A stretch of DNA of 64,000 nucleotides from an uncultured Candidatus Saccharibacteria bacterium (GTDB lineage Bacteria; Patescibacteriota; WWE3; 9FT-COMBO-53-11), in assembly GCA_964348395.1 (NCBI GenBank), contig CAYGCK010000002.1:12729-76728 (forward strand). The letters are read 5' to 3'. The notes under the pieces are model-generated. The model was given only the letters and a program-made list of their open reading frames with translations, was not told where the DNA came from and did not search any database. Every line of letters starts with the position of its first letter. Position 1 is the stretch's first letter. Below, piece by piece: positions 55,961 to 64,000 of the stretch. Both the position numbers and the translations under genes were made by a program.

Positions 55961-58027
55961 ATGATTTGCCAAAATTGTGGAAAAAGACAAGCGGTTTTTC
56001 AGACCCACCATCTCGTTGATGGTCGGCCCACCATAATTTATCTTTGTGAGGTATGTGCCGAAGAGGTTCGCTCTGGAGGTCGGCGGACCTCGACGCTAGA
56101 TCGTTACGGACGAAACATCTCCGCCTTGGCAGAGAAGGGTAAGCTCGATCCGGTGATTGGGAGGGGGGAGGAGATTAATCGTGTAATCCATGTTCTCTCC
56201 AGAAGAACCAAGAACAACCCCGTTTTGATAGGGGACCCAGGAGTCGGCAAGACCGCAATTGTGGAGGGGTTAGCGCAAAGAATTATTGAAGGCAACGTCC
56301 CAGAACCTTTGCTTGGGAAGAGAATAGTAGCCCTCGATCTTGCTCTTATGCTTGCCGGCGCATCCCACCGCGGGGAATTTGAGGAGCGTATGAAGAAAGC
56401 AATTGAGGAGGTTACCGCTGCCCGTGGTGAGATAGTTCTTTTTATAGACGAGCTTCATACGGTAGTTGGGGCGGGTGCGGCGCAAGGTGCAATCGACGCC
56501 TCCAATATGCTTAAACCCCCGCTTGCCCGAGGTGAGCTCCAGTGTATTGGCGCAACCACACTTGACGAGTATCGACGGTATATCGAAAAAGATGGTGCCT
56601 TGGAACGGCGTTTCCAGCCGGTCATGGTCACGGAACCGACGCAGGGGGAGACCCTCGATATTTTGCGCGGTCTTAGGCCAAATTACGAGGACCATCATAG
56701 GGTGCGTTTAACCGATGGTGCGCTAGGTGCTGCGGTTGAACTTTCCGACCGCTACATTACCGACCGTTTTCTTCCCGATAAGGCCATCGACCTTTTGGAT
56801 GAAACCTCCGCCAAAAAGCGTTTGGAATCCGTCGGTTACACATCTAATAATAAGGCGGATAAAATCTCCGAAGAGCTTACGCGGTTAAAGGGTAAATCAC
56901 GCAAGACCTTGGCCGAAATGGAGCGTATCGAAGAGTTAACCGCACTAAAAGGTGGACAAGTAGATGAGCAGGAGCTTGCGCTTGAGAATATTCCCGAGGT
57001 TACCGCCCAAGACGTTGCTAAAACTGTGTCTAAGATTACCGGGATTCACGTTGAGGATATATCAACCGACGAGAGGAAACGCCTCATGGATCTTGAGAAG
57101 AAACTCCACGAACGGATCGTTGGGCAGGATGAGGCCGTGAAGGCCGTCTCATCTGCCATCAGACGCGCACGCGCAGGGCTTAAGGATCCAAACCGACCGG
57201 TTGGTTCGTTTATCTTTCTTGGTCCAACCGGGGTTGGAAAAACGGAACTTGCTAAGGCTCTTGCCGAAGCGCTTTACGGAGATGAGGATTCGATGGTCAG
57301 GTTGGATATGTCAGAATACGCGGAGCGCCATACCGTCTCTCGGATGATCGGTTCTCCTCCTGGGTATGTGGGGTACGAGGACGCCGGACAACTTACGGAG
57401 GCTGTTCGCCGGAAACCCTTCTCGGTTGTACTTTTTGATGAAATCGAAAAAGCGCATCCCGAGGTCTTTAACATTCTCCTCCAAATTCTGGAGGATGGGC
57501 GTTTGACCGACGCTCACGGACGGACGGTCGATTTCAAAAATACGGTTTTAATCATGACTTCAAATGTTGGAACTAGCGCGATATCTGCTAAGGCGGTTGG
57601 GTTCGGCGAGGGCGCTAAAAAGAAGGATTACGAGGAGCTTAAAGAAGGGCTTCTAGGGGATCTCCAAAAGAGCTTTAGACCAGAATTCTTAAACAGAATA
57701 GACGAGATAATTGTCTTTCACCCTCTAAGTGAGAAGCATGTTAGGAAGATCGCAGACATTCTCATCGAAAGGAGCAAAAAACTTCTGGAATCCCAAGGAA
57801 TAAGCTTGGACGTAACAAAAAGAGCGCGAAACTTTCTTGCCGAGCGCGGTTTTGATCCAGAGCTAGGAGCCCGTCCTCTAAAGCGCTTGATCCAAAAAGA
57901 GATAGAAAACCCAATTTCAAACGGAATAGTTTCGGGTGACTACAGGAAAGGGGACACGGTTGGATTTGACTTTACGGGTGGTAAAACAACCTTTCAGATC
58001 AAAAAGCGCGTCCCCGTAAAGGTTTAG
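55961..58027 (+). CDS. clpC: Clp/Hsp100 double-AAA+ unfoldase (ClpC/ClpA-like) with N-terminal ClpX-type C4 zinc ribbon in place of Clp_N repeats
   Basis: N-terminus [11 protein letters not shown]...[11 protein letters not shown]1 Walker [17 protein letters not shown]2 Walker [23 protein letters not shown] loop. 688 aa. Confidence 0.8.
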   Translation: MICQNCGKRQAVFQTHHLVDGRPTIIYLCEVCAEEVRSGGRRTSTLDRYGRNISALAEKGKLDPVIGRGEEINRVIHVLSRRTKNNPVLIGDPGVGKTAIVEGLAQRIIEGNVPEPLLGKRIVALDLALMLAGASHRGEFEERMKKAIEEVTAARGEIVLFIDELHTVVGAGAAQGAIDASNMLKPPLARGELQCIGATTLDEYRRYIEKDGALERRFQPVMVTEPTQGETLDILRGLRPNYEDHHRVRLTDGALGAAVELSDRYITDRFLPDKAIDLLDETSAKKRLESVGYTSNNKADKISEELTRLKGKSRKTLAEMERIEELTALKGGQVDEQELALENIPEVTAQDVAKTVSKITGIHVEDISTDERKRLMDLEKKLHERIVGQDEAVKAVSSAIRRARAGLKDPNRPVGSFIFLGPTGVGKTELAKALAEALYGDEDSMVRLDMSEYAERHTVSRMIGSPPGYVGYEDAGQLTEAVRRKPFSVVLFDEIEKAHPEVFNILLQILEDGRLTDAHGRTVDFKNTVLIMTSNVGTSAISAKAVGFGEGAKKKDYEELKEGLLGDLQKSFRPEFLNRIDEIIVFHPLSEKHVRKIADILIERSKKLLESQGISLDVTKRARNFLAERGFDPELGARPLKRLIQKEIENPISNGIVSGDYRKGDTVGFDFTGGKTTFQIKKRVPVKV

Positions 58028-58030
58028 AGG

Positions 58031-58375
58031 ATGGAAAAAAAGCCCAAAGCCAAAAAGAAAAAAGAAGTTAAAAAGCCCAAAGTCCAAGAACCCGGGGAGG
58101 GATACAGGCCGGGGGACGTTGTGCGAGTTAGTTTCAAGGTGAGGGAGGAGGGAAAGGAAAGGGTCCAACCCTTTGAGGGTATCTTGATTGCAAAACGCGG
58201 CGAGGGACCCTCCAAGACAATTACCGTCAGAAAGATGGGGACTGCGGGGGTGGGTGTGGAGCGTATTTTTCCTGTTAATTCCCCCAAGGTTGAAAAGATT
58301 GAGGTGGTCAAGAAAGGTAAAACACGCCGCGCTAAATTATATTTCGTTCGAGAAAAACCAACACTTAAGGTTTAG
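58031..58375 (+). CDS. rplS: 50S ribosomal protein L19
   Basis: [61 protein letters not shown], with a Lys-rich N-terminal extension. Confidence 0.9.
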   Translation: MEKKPKAKKKKEVKKPKVQEPGEGYRPGDVVRVSFKVREEGKERVQPFEGILIAKRGEGPSKTITVRKMGTAGVGVERIFPVNSPKVEKIEVVKKGKTRRAKLYFVREKPTLKV

Positions 58376-58379
58376 TAAA

Positions 58380-59006
58380 GTGGGTCCAAGGATTCCCAAC
58401 TTTTCCTTTGAAAAGAAATTATGGAATAGGGGGTTGCAGCGTGTGGCCGGGGTTGATGAGGCAGGACGCGGCGCTTTGGCCGGATCTCTTTTTGCCTCAG
58501 CGGTTGTCTTTCCGCCAAACGTGCGTCTTAAGATAAAACCTCGCGATTCAAAAAGACTTTCCCCCAAGAAGCGCATTGAACTTGCGGGTTTCGTAAAGGA
58601 TAAAGCTTACTTTTGGTCGGTTTCCTCGGTTGGGGTTGGCTTTATCGATAAGTTCGGGATGGCCAAAGCCGGTCGGGAGGCGATGAAGAAGGCGCTCGAA
58701 GATCTCTCCGGCGTACCTGAGTTTGTGTTGGTGGACTACTACAAACTTCCTTTTTGGCCAAAAGAGAATCAGCTTTCTATCAAATTTGGCGACAACACTT
58801 CTTCCTCTATTGCTGCGGCTTCCATCCTGGCCAAGGTGGCGAGGGATGAGATGATGGTTGACCTGGCCGAAAAATATCCGCAGTATGGTTTTGACCTCCA
58901 CAAGGGTTACGGGACCGCTCGGCACCGGGAAGCGCTGTTGGAGTACGGTCCTTGCGAAATCCACAGGAAAAGTTTTATCGGGTCAATAGTTACCGCCGAG
59001 CGCTAG
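58380..59006 (+). CDS. rnhB: ribonuclease HII
   Basis: GTG at 58380 just after the rplS stop. VAGVDEAGRGALAGSLFASAVVF motif. The longer ORF from 58188 overlaps rplS. Confidence 0.85.
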   Translation: MGPRIPNFSFEKKLWNRGLQRVAGVDEAGRGALAGSLFASAVVFPPNVRLKIKPRDSKRLSPKKRIELAGFVKDKAYFWSVSSVGVGFIDKFGMAKAGREAMKKALEDLSGVPEFVLVDYYKLPFWPKENQLSIKFGDNTSSSIAAASILAKVARDEMMVDLAEKYPQYGFDLHKGYGTARHREALLEYGPCEIHRKSFIGSIVTAER

Positions 59007-59072
59007 AACCTAGGTAACTATTGGGCGAGGAGGGAGAAGTTCAGATTGAACATTTTCCCAGTATTACCTAAT

Positions 59073-59147
59073 TGGTGGCCCCAAGGGGAATCGAACCCCT
59101 GTTTCCGCCTTGAAGGGGCGGTGTCCTATCCGTTAGACGATGGGGCC
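59073..59147 (-). tRNA. tRNA-Glu (anticodon TTC)
   Basis: Reverse complement GGCCCCATCGTCTAACGGATAGGACACCGCCCCTTCAAGGCGGAAACAGGGGTTCGATTCCCCTTGGGGCCACCA. Confidence 0.85.
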
Positions 59148-59148
59148 A

Positions 59149-59223
59149 TGGTAGGTCCGGAGGGAATCGAACCCTCGACACCCGGCTTAAAAGGCCGGTG
59201 CTCTACCACTGAGCTACGGACCT
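59149..59223 (-). tRNA. tRNA-Lys (anticodon TTT)
   Basis: Reverse complement AGGTCCGTAGCTCAGTGGTAGAGCACCGGCCTTTTAAGCCGGGTGTCGAGGGTTCGATTCCCTCCGGACCTACCA. Confidence 0.85.
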
Positions 59224-59366
59224 CCGACGCTACTCAATTTTATCAGACAATTTCACAGTATATCAGGAAAGCACTGGATTTTATGTTTTTTCTCTTCGCT
59301 TTTTGCTAAACTCTTTTCGACTGGTTGATTTGTAAACCGCCAGGCCTTGAGAGGCGGTGAGAATGT

Positions 59367-59624
59367 TTGAATAAAAAACTTTACGTTGGAAACCTTCCCT
59401 ATAGTACGACTGACGATCAGCTGAAAGAGCTTTTTTCCGAGGCAGGAACCGTCGAAAGTGCTGTCGTTATAACCGATAAGCAATCTGGACGCTCCAAAGG
59501 ATTTGGATTTGTTGAGATGTCAACAGAGGATGAGGCGAAAAAGGCTGTGGAGTCTCTTGACGGGCGCGAGGTTGAAGGGCGAAATCTCAAAGTCGCCGAA
59601 GCCCGCCCGCCCCGGGAAGCTTAG
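59367..59624 (+). CDS. RNA-binding protein with single RRM domain
   Basis: TTG start. RNP2 LYVGNL and RNP1 KGFGFVEM. Confidence 0.85.
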   Translation: MNKKLYVGNLPYSTTDDQLKELFSEAGTVESAVVITDKQSGRSKGFGFVEMSTEDEAKKAVESLDGREVEGRNLKVAEARPPREA

Positions 59625-59656
59625 CGCCATTTGTTAAAAATGGTTTAATTAGTTAA

Positions 59657-59941
59657 ATGGGGGAGAAACAGAGCATTTCACGAGCCCGTCTCAAAATCTA
59701 CGGCCGGGTTCAGGGGGTGGGCTTTCGCTTTTATGTTCACCGCAAAGCCTCGGCAGTTGGTCTTGGGGGATGGGTTCGAAATGCAAACGGGTTTGTAGAG
59801 GTCGTTCTGGAGGGTCCCCCGGAAAAAGTGAAGGTGTGTATTGAGGATTGCCGTAAGGGTCCCATGTTTTCCAAAGTCGATCATATCGAAACGAATGAGG
59901 AGAAACCAACCGGAGAATTTGCGCGTTTTGAGATAAGATAA
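59657..59941 (+). CDS. acyP: acylphosphatase
   Basis: IYGRVQGVGFRFYV and GWVRNANGFVEVVLEG signatures; 94 aa. Confidence 0.85.
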   Translation: MGEKQSISRARLKIYGRVQGVGFRFYVHRKASAVGLGGWVRNANGFVEVVLEGPPEKVKVCIEDCRKGPMFSKVDHIETNEEKPTGEFARFEIR

Positions 59942-60041
59942 TCTCTTGCTCCTCGCAGGCGCGACTTACCCAACGGAAGTGTTATCATAGTTTCGACAGT
60001 AATTCATACGACCGAATCGTATACTTATTCACAAAGCAAAC

Positions 60042-61466
60042 ATGGCTGAATCTCAGACGTACGTATTTCGAAAAGAGGAACTCAAACTCAACCCTTACAT
60101 CTTCCGAACCAACGACATAAGAGGGATTTACGAGAAAGATTTTGACGACGATGACTCTCGAGCTATTGGCCAAGCCTACGGAACTTGGCTCCAGGAGAAA
60201 GGAAAAGACAGTGTGGCCTTGGGTATGGATAATAGGATAACCTCCCCTAAAATCCACGCCACGGTTTTGGAAGGACTCATGAAAACCGGTATCAAAGTTT
60301 ACGATCTCGGGCTCGTAACCACCCCAATGAGCTATGCTGCTCCCGTTCTTGTTCCGTGCGGTGGGGCTATGATGGTCACCGCCTCCCACCTTTCATCGGA
60401 GTGGAACGGTATCAAGCTGTCCATAGAGGATCGAACCATTTTTGGGGATGAGATCCAGGAGGTTAGGAAAATCGCCGAGCGAAAAAACTTTAAGGAGGGA
60501 AAGGGATCCTCGGAGAAATTTGAATTTGCCGCCATGTATGAGGCGGCGCTTCAGAAAAGTATTGAGGAGCTAGCGCAGATCTCAAAAGAACCCAAAAAGC
60601 GCACGCTTAAGGTGGTAGTTGACTCGGGTAACGGAACTGCGGGGCTTTATGCCCCCAAACTTCTGCGCGACATCGGGTGTGAGGTAATAGAGATGCACTC
60701 GAGGCTGGACGGTACCTTTCCAAACCACGGTCCCGATCCAACGTTGGGGCCCAACATGCTTGAGGCGATAAACCGCGTAAAAAAAGAGAAGGCGGATTTG
60801 GGGATGGTTTTTGATCCTGACGCCGATCGCGTCAACATCTGTGACGAAGAAGGCTTTGTTCTTTGGGGGGACGGCATTCTTCTTCTTTTTGCTAGAGACA
60901 TTCTGTCTCGCCACCCCCGAACCGAGATTCTTTATAACACCCAGTGTTCGCCCGCGGTCGAGGAGGACATAGTTGCCCACGGCGGAATACCTGTGATGGT
61001 GCCAACGGGACACTCGCTCGTTTTAAACGAGCTGAGGTTTTACGGGGGTGTTTTTGCGGGGGAGTACAAGTGTCACTTTTACTTCTATGACCACTACTAC
61101 GGTTTTGACGATGCCCTCTACGCCGCGCTCAGGCTCGTTAAAATTCTGGAAAAAACCGATAGACCTCTTTCGCAGATTATGTCAGACGTTCCTTTTTACC
61201 ACGCTTCCGGGGAAGTGGAGATTCCCGTTCCTGACGAGAGAAAAATGATGGTTCAAGAGAAAGTAAAAAACGAGCTTAGGAAGCGTTATTTTGTTAACGA
61301 GATGGACGGGGCGCGAGTTAAGTTCCGGGATATGCCAAACACCTGGGGACTTATGCGGGCTTCCGGAACTTTTCCTAAAGTTGAGGTTTTTTCGTGGGCA
61401 AAGGAAAGACAGCACATGGAAAAAGCCAAGGAGATTCTTCTTGGCGAGGTGCAAAAGCACCTCTGA
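60042..61466 (+). CDS. alpha-D-phosphohexomutase (phosphoglucomutase/phosphomannomutase)
   Basis: Active-site Ser loop VTASHLSSEWNGIKL; metal-binding MVFDPDADR; sugar-binding loop. Confidence 0.8.
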   Translation: MAESQTYVFRKEELKLNPYIFRTNDIRGIYEKDFDDDDSRAIGQAYGTWLQEKGKDSVALGMDNRITSPKIHATVLEGLMKTGIKVYDLGLVTTPMSYAAPVLVPCGGAMMVTASHLSSEWNGIKLSIEDRTIFGDEIQEVRKIAERKNFKEGKGSSEKFEFAAMYEAALQKSIEELAQISKEPKKRTLKVVVDSGNGTAGLYAPKLLRDIGCEVIEMHSRLDGTFPNHGPDPTLGPNMLEAINRVKKEKADLGMVFDPDADRVNICDEEGFVLWGDGILLLFARDILSRHPRTEILYNTQCSPAVEEDIVAHGGIPVMVPTGHSLVLNELRFYGGVFAGEYKCHFYFYDHYYGFDDALYAALRLVKILEKTDRPLSQIMSDVPFYHASGEVEIPVPDERKMMVQEKVKNELRKRYFVNEMDGARVKFRDMPNTWGLMRASGTFPKVEVFSWAKERQHMEKAKEILLGEVQKHL

Positions 61467-61489
61467 AGGTGATAAATAGTAACTTAAGT

Positions 61490-62008
61490 ATGGCACACAT
61501 AACCGTCCGAAAAATTGAAGAAATGAAAGAGGTCTGTTTGGAACCTAAGGCAATAGAGTTGAAAGACTCCGACGAAGCCTACTGGGTTATACGGGAGCCC
61601 GGTCGCAATCTAACCATCTTCGCCCCTTACAGACTCGGTCGAGAATTTCCAAAAACATATGGACACTTTCACGTACCTCCTTACGAGGAAACCTACAAGG
61701 TCCTGTATGGCAAGGCGGCTTTTCTTATTCAAAAAATGGAAGGAGAGAAGGTTTCGGAGGTTCAATTCAAGGTCTTGGAGGAAGGTGAAAGCTTTACCGT
61801 CCCATTGGGCTTTGGCCATACCATGCTTAATTTAGGCGACGACTATGTAATTACTATGGACGACCATGATCCCAAACACTTTGAAAACGATTACTCCTTG
61901 ATTAAGAAACTGCGAGGATTTGCTTACTACATAGTTGAAAAGGATGGGGGGTGGGAATCCATACCCAACGAGAACTACAAAAACCTCCCACCGCTTAAAA
62001 GCGACTGA
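61490..62008 (+). CDS. cupin-type (archaeal-type) glucose-6-phosphate isomerase
   Basis: TYGHFHVPPYEETY aligns with the Pyrococcus cPGI metal site TKGHFH...E; second His in PLGFGHTMLNLGDD; about 172 aa. Confidence 0.75.
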   Translation: MAHITVRKIEEMKEVCLEPKAIELKDSDEAYWVIREPGRNLTIFAPYRLGREFPKTYGHFHVPPYEETYKVLYGKAAFLIQKMEGEKVSEVQFKVLEEGESFTVPLGFGHTMLNLGDDYVITMDDHDPKHFENDYSLIKKLRGFAYYIVEKDGGWESIPNENYKNLPPLKSD

Positions 62009-62009
62009 T

Positions 62010-62204
62010 ATGGCAGGTAACGAGTTTCAGGAATACTCTCCGAAAGAGGAGGAGCGCGTCAAACGACGCGAAAAAAAGCGCAAACCTTCAATGGGGGTAT
62101 CCGGGCGGAGTGTCCTAGAGCTTGCGAGACTTATAAAACTGCGGGGTGAAGAGGGGACAAAGAGAAAAAAATCGAAGCGCAAAAAGAAAAGGAAGAAGAA
62201 ATGA
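62010..62204 (+). CDS. small highly basic protein (64 aa; C-terminal KRKKSKRKKKRKKK)
   Basis: Starts 2 nt after the cPGI stop and overlaps the next gene start (ATGA). Function unknown. Confidence 0.4.
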   Translation: MAGNEFQEYSPKEEERVKRREKKRKPSMGVSGRSVLELARLIKLRGEEGTKRKKSKRKKKRKKK

Positions 62205-63634
62205 GAACGCTTATATTTCTTGACGAAATTGGTTTTTCGGACTCTATAGCCTTTGGTGAAGAAGCGGTCCTTTTGGGGAACCTCACCAAAGCTGCAGTTC
62301 CCGTTTCTCCGGCGTTTCTTCTGCCAACCCAGGCTTACGGTGAATACGTCTCCGCGGCTGCCGTAAAGGACGTTCTGGACCGCGGCGGTTTGCGAGGTGA
62401 AGAGGAGGTTCGTCAAACTCTCCTCGCCTCTGCTATCCCCAGGCGTCTCGGGGAGGAGATAAAAAGTTTCTACCGTAGTCTTTCTGGGCCGCGTAACGTT
62501 CACGTTTCGGTTCGTTCTCCATCCCGTGAGGTCAGGGCGGATGGCCCCGAGTCTCTTGTTTCCTCCATCAGGCAAATTTGGGTTGATCACATACTCTCGG
62601 TTCTCGGTCGCGACGGAAATGTTTTTAAGGAATCACTGCCGATTATTGTTCAGCAGATAACGGACTCGAGTTTGTTTGGCACGCTTTACACCTCTGATCC
62701 GCACCTTGGTAGTCTGGATCTTTGCCTGGTTGAGGTTGTCCACAAAGATGGTGTGGAGAAGATTGTTTTTGAAAAAGGAACCGGCAAGCTTGTTAGGAGA
62801 AATGTCTTTGGAAGTGCGGAGGAAGCAACCGGGGTTGGAGGGTTTGAGGCCTTGGCTTCGTGGGCGAGGAAGATCGAGCAAATACTCGGTGGTGCGTACC
62901 GCGTAGGGTGGAATATTTACCAAGGGGAAGTAGCTTTTGAGAAGGTGGGGCGGATGTATATTCCGCAGGCTCGTGCGTCGACGCTTGAACTTTGGCTCGA
63001 CGCGGAGTCGGGCGATCTAAATAAGTCGAAGGGGGTTTCAGGATTTGTTGCAAGAGACGGCGCGCTCGCTACTCGCTTGGCGCGGGATTTTCCCGGGCAC
63101 CGAGTACTTCTACTTCTTGACTCCGCGCATACCGAGCAGCTTGAGCACTTTAGGCAAGGGAGACACAAGCTAAACCTTAAAAACCTTCATGTGGTTCTGC
63201 CGCCGATAAGAACCGTCGATGGACTTCGGGAGATAAAGCGTTACCTTTCGGGAGAGCGGGTTCAGCGGGGGCCAAACCTTGAGTTCTTTTTCAGAGCGCA
63301 TTACCCCTCAAACATCGTTCTTCTTGAGCGCTTCGTAGAGATTGGAGTCGACGGTGTTTTGTTCGATGAGGGCGGTCTGTCTAGGGGGTTTTTGGGCGTT
63401 GATGAGGATGTCGAGCCCGATGAGTCTATAACCTGGGCTATTGGCGAAGCGGGAAAGAAATGTCAAAGAGCAGAGGTTGATATGCTTTACCTTAGCGAGC
63501 AAGCAAGACCTTGGGTGCTTTTAGAACTTGCCAAGGGGGGTGCAAAGGGAGTCGTAGTTCCCCAGAAACTTAAAAGCCAATTCGTGGAAACGCTTCAGGA
63601 GGCGGATCGCGAAAGATTGACTTCCGGTGATTGA
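62201..63634 (+). CDS. PEP-synthase/PPDK-like protein: N-terminal ATP-grasp (PPDK_N) + C-terminal PEP-utilizers-like segment, lacking the central phosphohistidine domain
   Basis: N-terminal ...AVLLGNLTKAAVPVSPAFLLPTQAY resembles the PpsA nucleotide-binding domain. C-terminal GVDGVLFDEGGLSRGFLGVDED resembles the PEP-utilizers TIM-barrel motif. 477 aa versus about 790 for PpsA. Confidence 0.5.
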   Translation: MRTLIFLDEIGFSDSIAFGEEAVLLGNLTKAAVPVSPAFLLPTQAYGEYVSAAAVKDVLDRGGLRGEEEVRQTLLASAIPRRLGEEIKSFYRSLSGPRNVHVSVRSPSREVRADGPESLVSSIRQIWVDHILSVLGRDGNVFKESLPIIVQQITDSSLFGTLYTSDPHLGSLDLCLVEVVHKDGVEKIVFEKGTGKLVRRNVFGSAEEATGVGGFEALASWARKIEQILGGAYRVGWNIYQGEVAFEKVGRMYIPQARASTLELWLDAESGDLNKSKGVSGFVARDGALATRLARDFPGHRVLLLLDSAHTEQLEHFRQGRHKLNLKNLHVVLPPIRTVDGLREIKRYLSGERVQRGPNLEFFFRAHYPSNIVLLERFVEIGVDGVLFDEGGLSRGFLGVDEDVEPDESITWAIGEAGKKCQRAEVDMLYLSEQARPWVLLELAKGGAKGVVVPQKLKSQFVETLQEADRERLTSGD

Positions 63635-64000
63635 ATTTATCGATTCCCTTACTATCTTCGCAAGAGACGTCGGTTTATCGCTCGGCTATCCCGGGGTTGC
63701 GCTCGCCGCTTTCCTGGAAAATTTCTTTCCTCCCATACCTTCTGAGGTGGTATTTCCGTTCTTTGGGTTTGTTTCGGCGGGCGGTGGGTTGAATCTCTTC
63801 CTCGTTGTCGCCTCCGGTAGTTTAGGAGCTCTGGCGGGAGCTTTGTTTTGGTACGGATTGGGATCTGTATTGGGTCGTGCCAACTTAAAAATTTATATCG
63901 AGCGTTTCGGTAAATATCTCCGTCTTGGCTACGAGGATATCGAACGCGCCGAGCGGTGGTTTGAACGATACGAGGCGCCAGCTGTATTTTTTGGTCGACT
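63627..64000 (+). CDS. DedA/SNARE-associated family membrane protein (3' end beyond window)
   Basis: GTG at 63627 overlapping the upstream stop. GYPGVALAAFLENFFPPIPSEVVFPFFGF is the DedA signature. Confidence 0.7.
   Translation, partial: MIEFIDSLTIFARDVGLSLGYPGVALAAFLENFFPPIPSEVVFPFFGFVSAGGGLNLFLVVASGSLGALAGALFWYGLGSVLGRANLKIYIERFGKYLRLGYEDIERAERWFERYEAPAVFFGR

Overview
This is a 64-kb chromosomal segment, about 50% GC, that is very gene-dense with frequent 1-10 nt start/stop overlaps. Its content resembles a streamlined, probably Patescibacteria/CPR-like or other small-genome bacterium; that placement is an inference from gene content only. Reading 5' to 3':

- **1-18.4 kb, surface-glycan island.** Seventeen co-directional genes: 10 glycosyltransferases (GT-A/GT2, GT-B/GT4 and a GT11 fucosyltransferase), 4 SAM methyltransferases, a GalE-like epimerase, a PglC-type priming phosphoglycosyl transferase, and a Wzy_C (O-antigen ligase/polymerase)-GT4 fusion. 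A large membrane-anchored hypothetical protein follows.
- **20.5-22.8 kb.** recO and glyQS. A displaced, diverged second copy of the glyS 3' end sits immediately after the glyS stop codon.
- **22.9-34.4 kb, dcw cluster.** mraZ (with upstream MraZ-box direct repeats), rsmH, ftsL, ftsI, then mraY, ftsW, murG, ftsQ, ftsA, ftsZ. Between ftsI and mraY, on the opposite strand, are an ECF sigma factor and a 272-aa Mur-ligase-like protein with a degenerate P-loop. No murE/F/D/C/ddl lies in the cluster.
- **34.5-38.3 kb.** B12-dependent class II RNR (nrdJ), a P-loop protein and a CobO-type corrinoid adenosyltransferase.
- **38.3-43.5 kb.** sigma-70, ileS, rplU, rpmA, lepB.
- **43.5-44.1 kb.** tRNA-Val followed by two conserved terminator-like hairpin units, each coupled to an orphan tRNA 3'-end fragment, then a structured leader.
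- **44.1-52.4 kb.** Wzx-like flippase, an Ig-like surface protein, tRNA-Thr, a ROK-type kinase, tRNA-Asp/Gly, PolX, LemA-HtpX, gatC, gatA.
- **52.4-52.8 kb.** An extra 133-aa ORF with an Rx4HE (HEPN-like) motif, embedded between gatA and gatB.
- **52.8-59.3 kb.** gatB, a 5'-exo-less PolA, a ClpC-like unfoldase with a ClpX-type zinc ribbon, rplS, rnhB, tRNA-Glu/Lys.
- **59.3-64.0 kb.** An RRM protein, acyP, a phosphohexomutase, an archaeal cupin-type PGI, a tiny poly-Lys protein, a PEP-synthase-like protein lacking the phospho-His domain, and a DedA membrane protein.

Heptanucleotide tandem repeats of 4-5 copies occur at four loci. One is in the 5' leader of a glycosyltransferase, one at the Wzy/GT domain junction, one in the gatB leader, and one fills the entire lemA-htpX spacer. 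These are candidate slipped-strand (phase-variation) sites.
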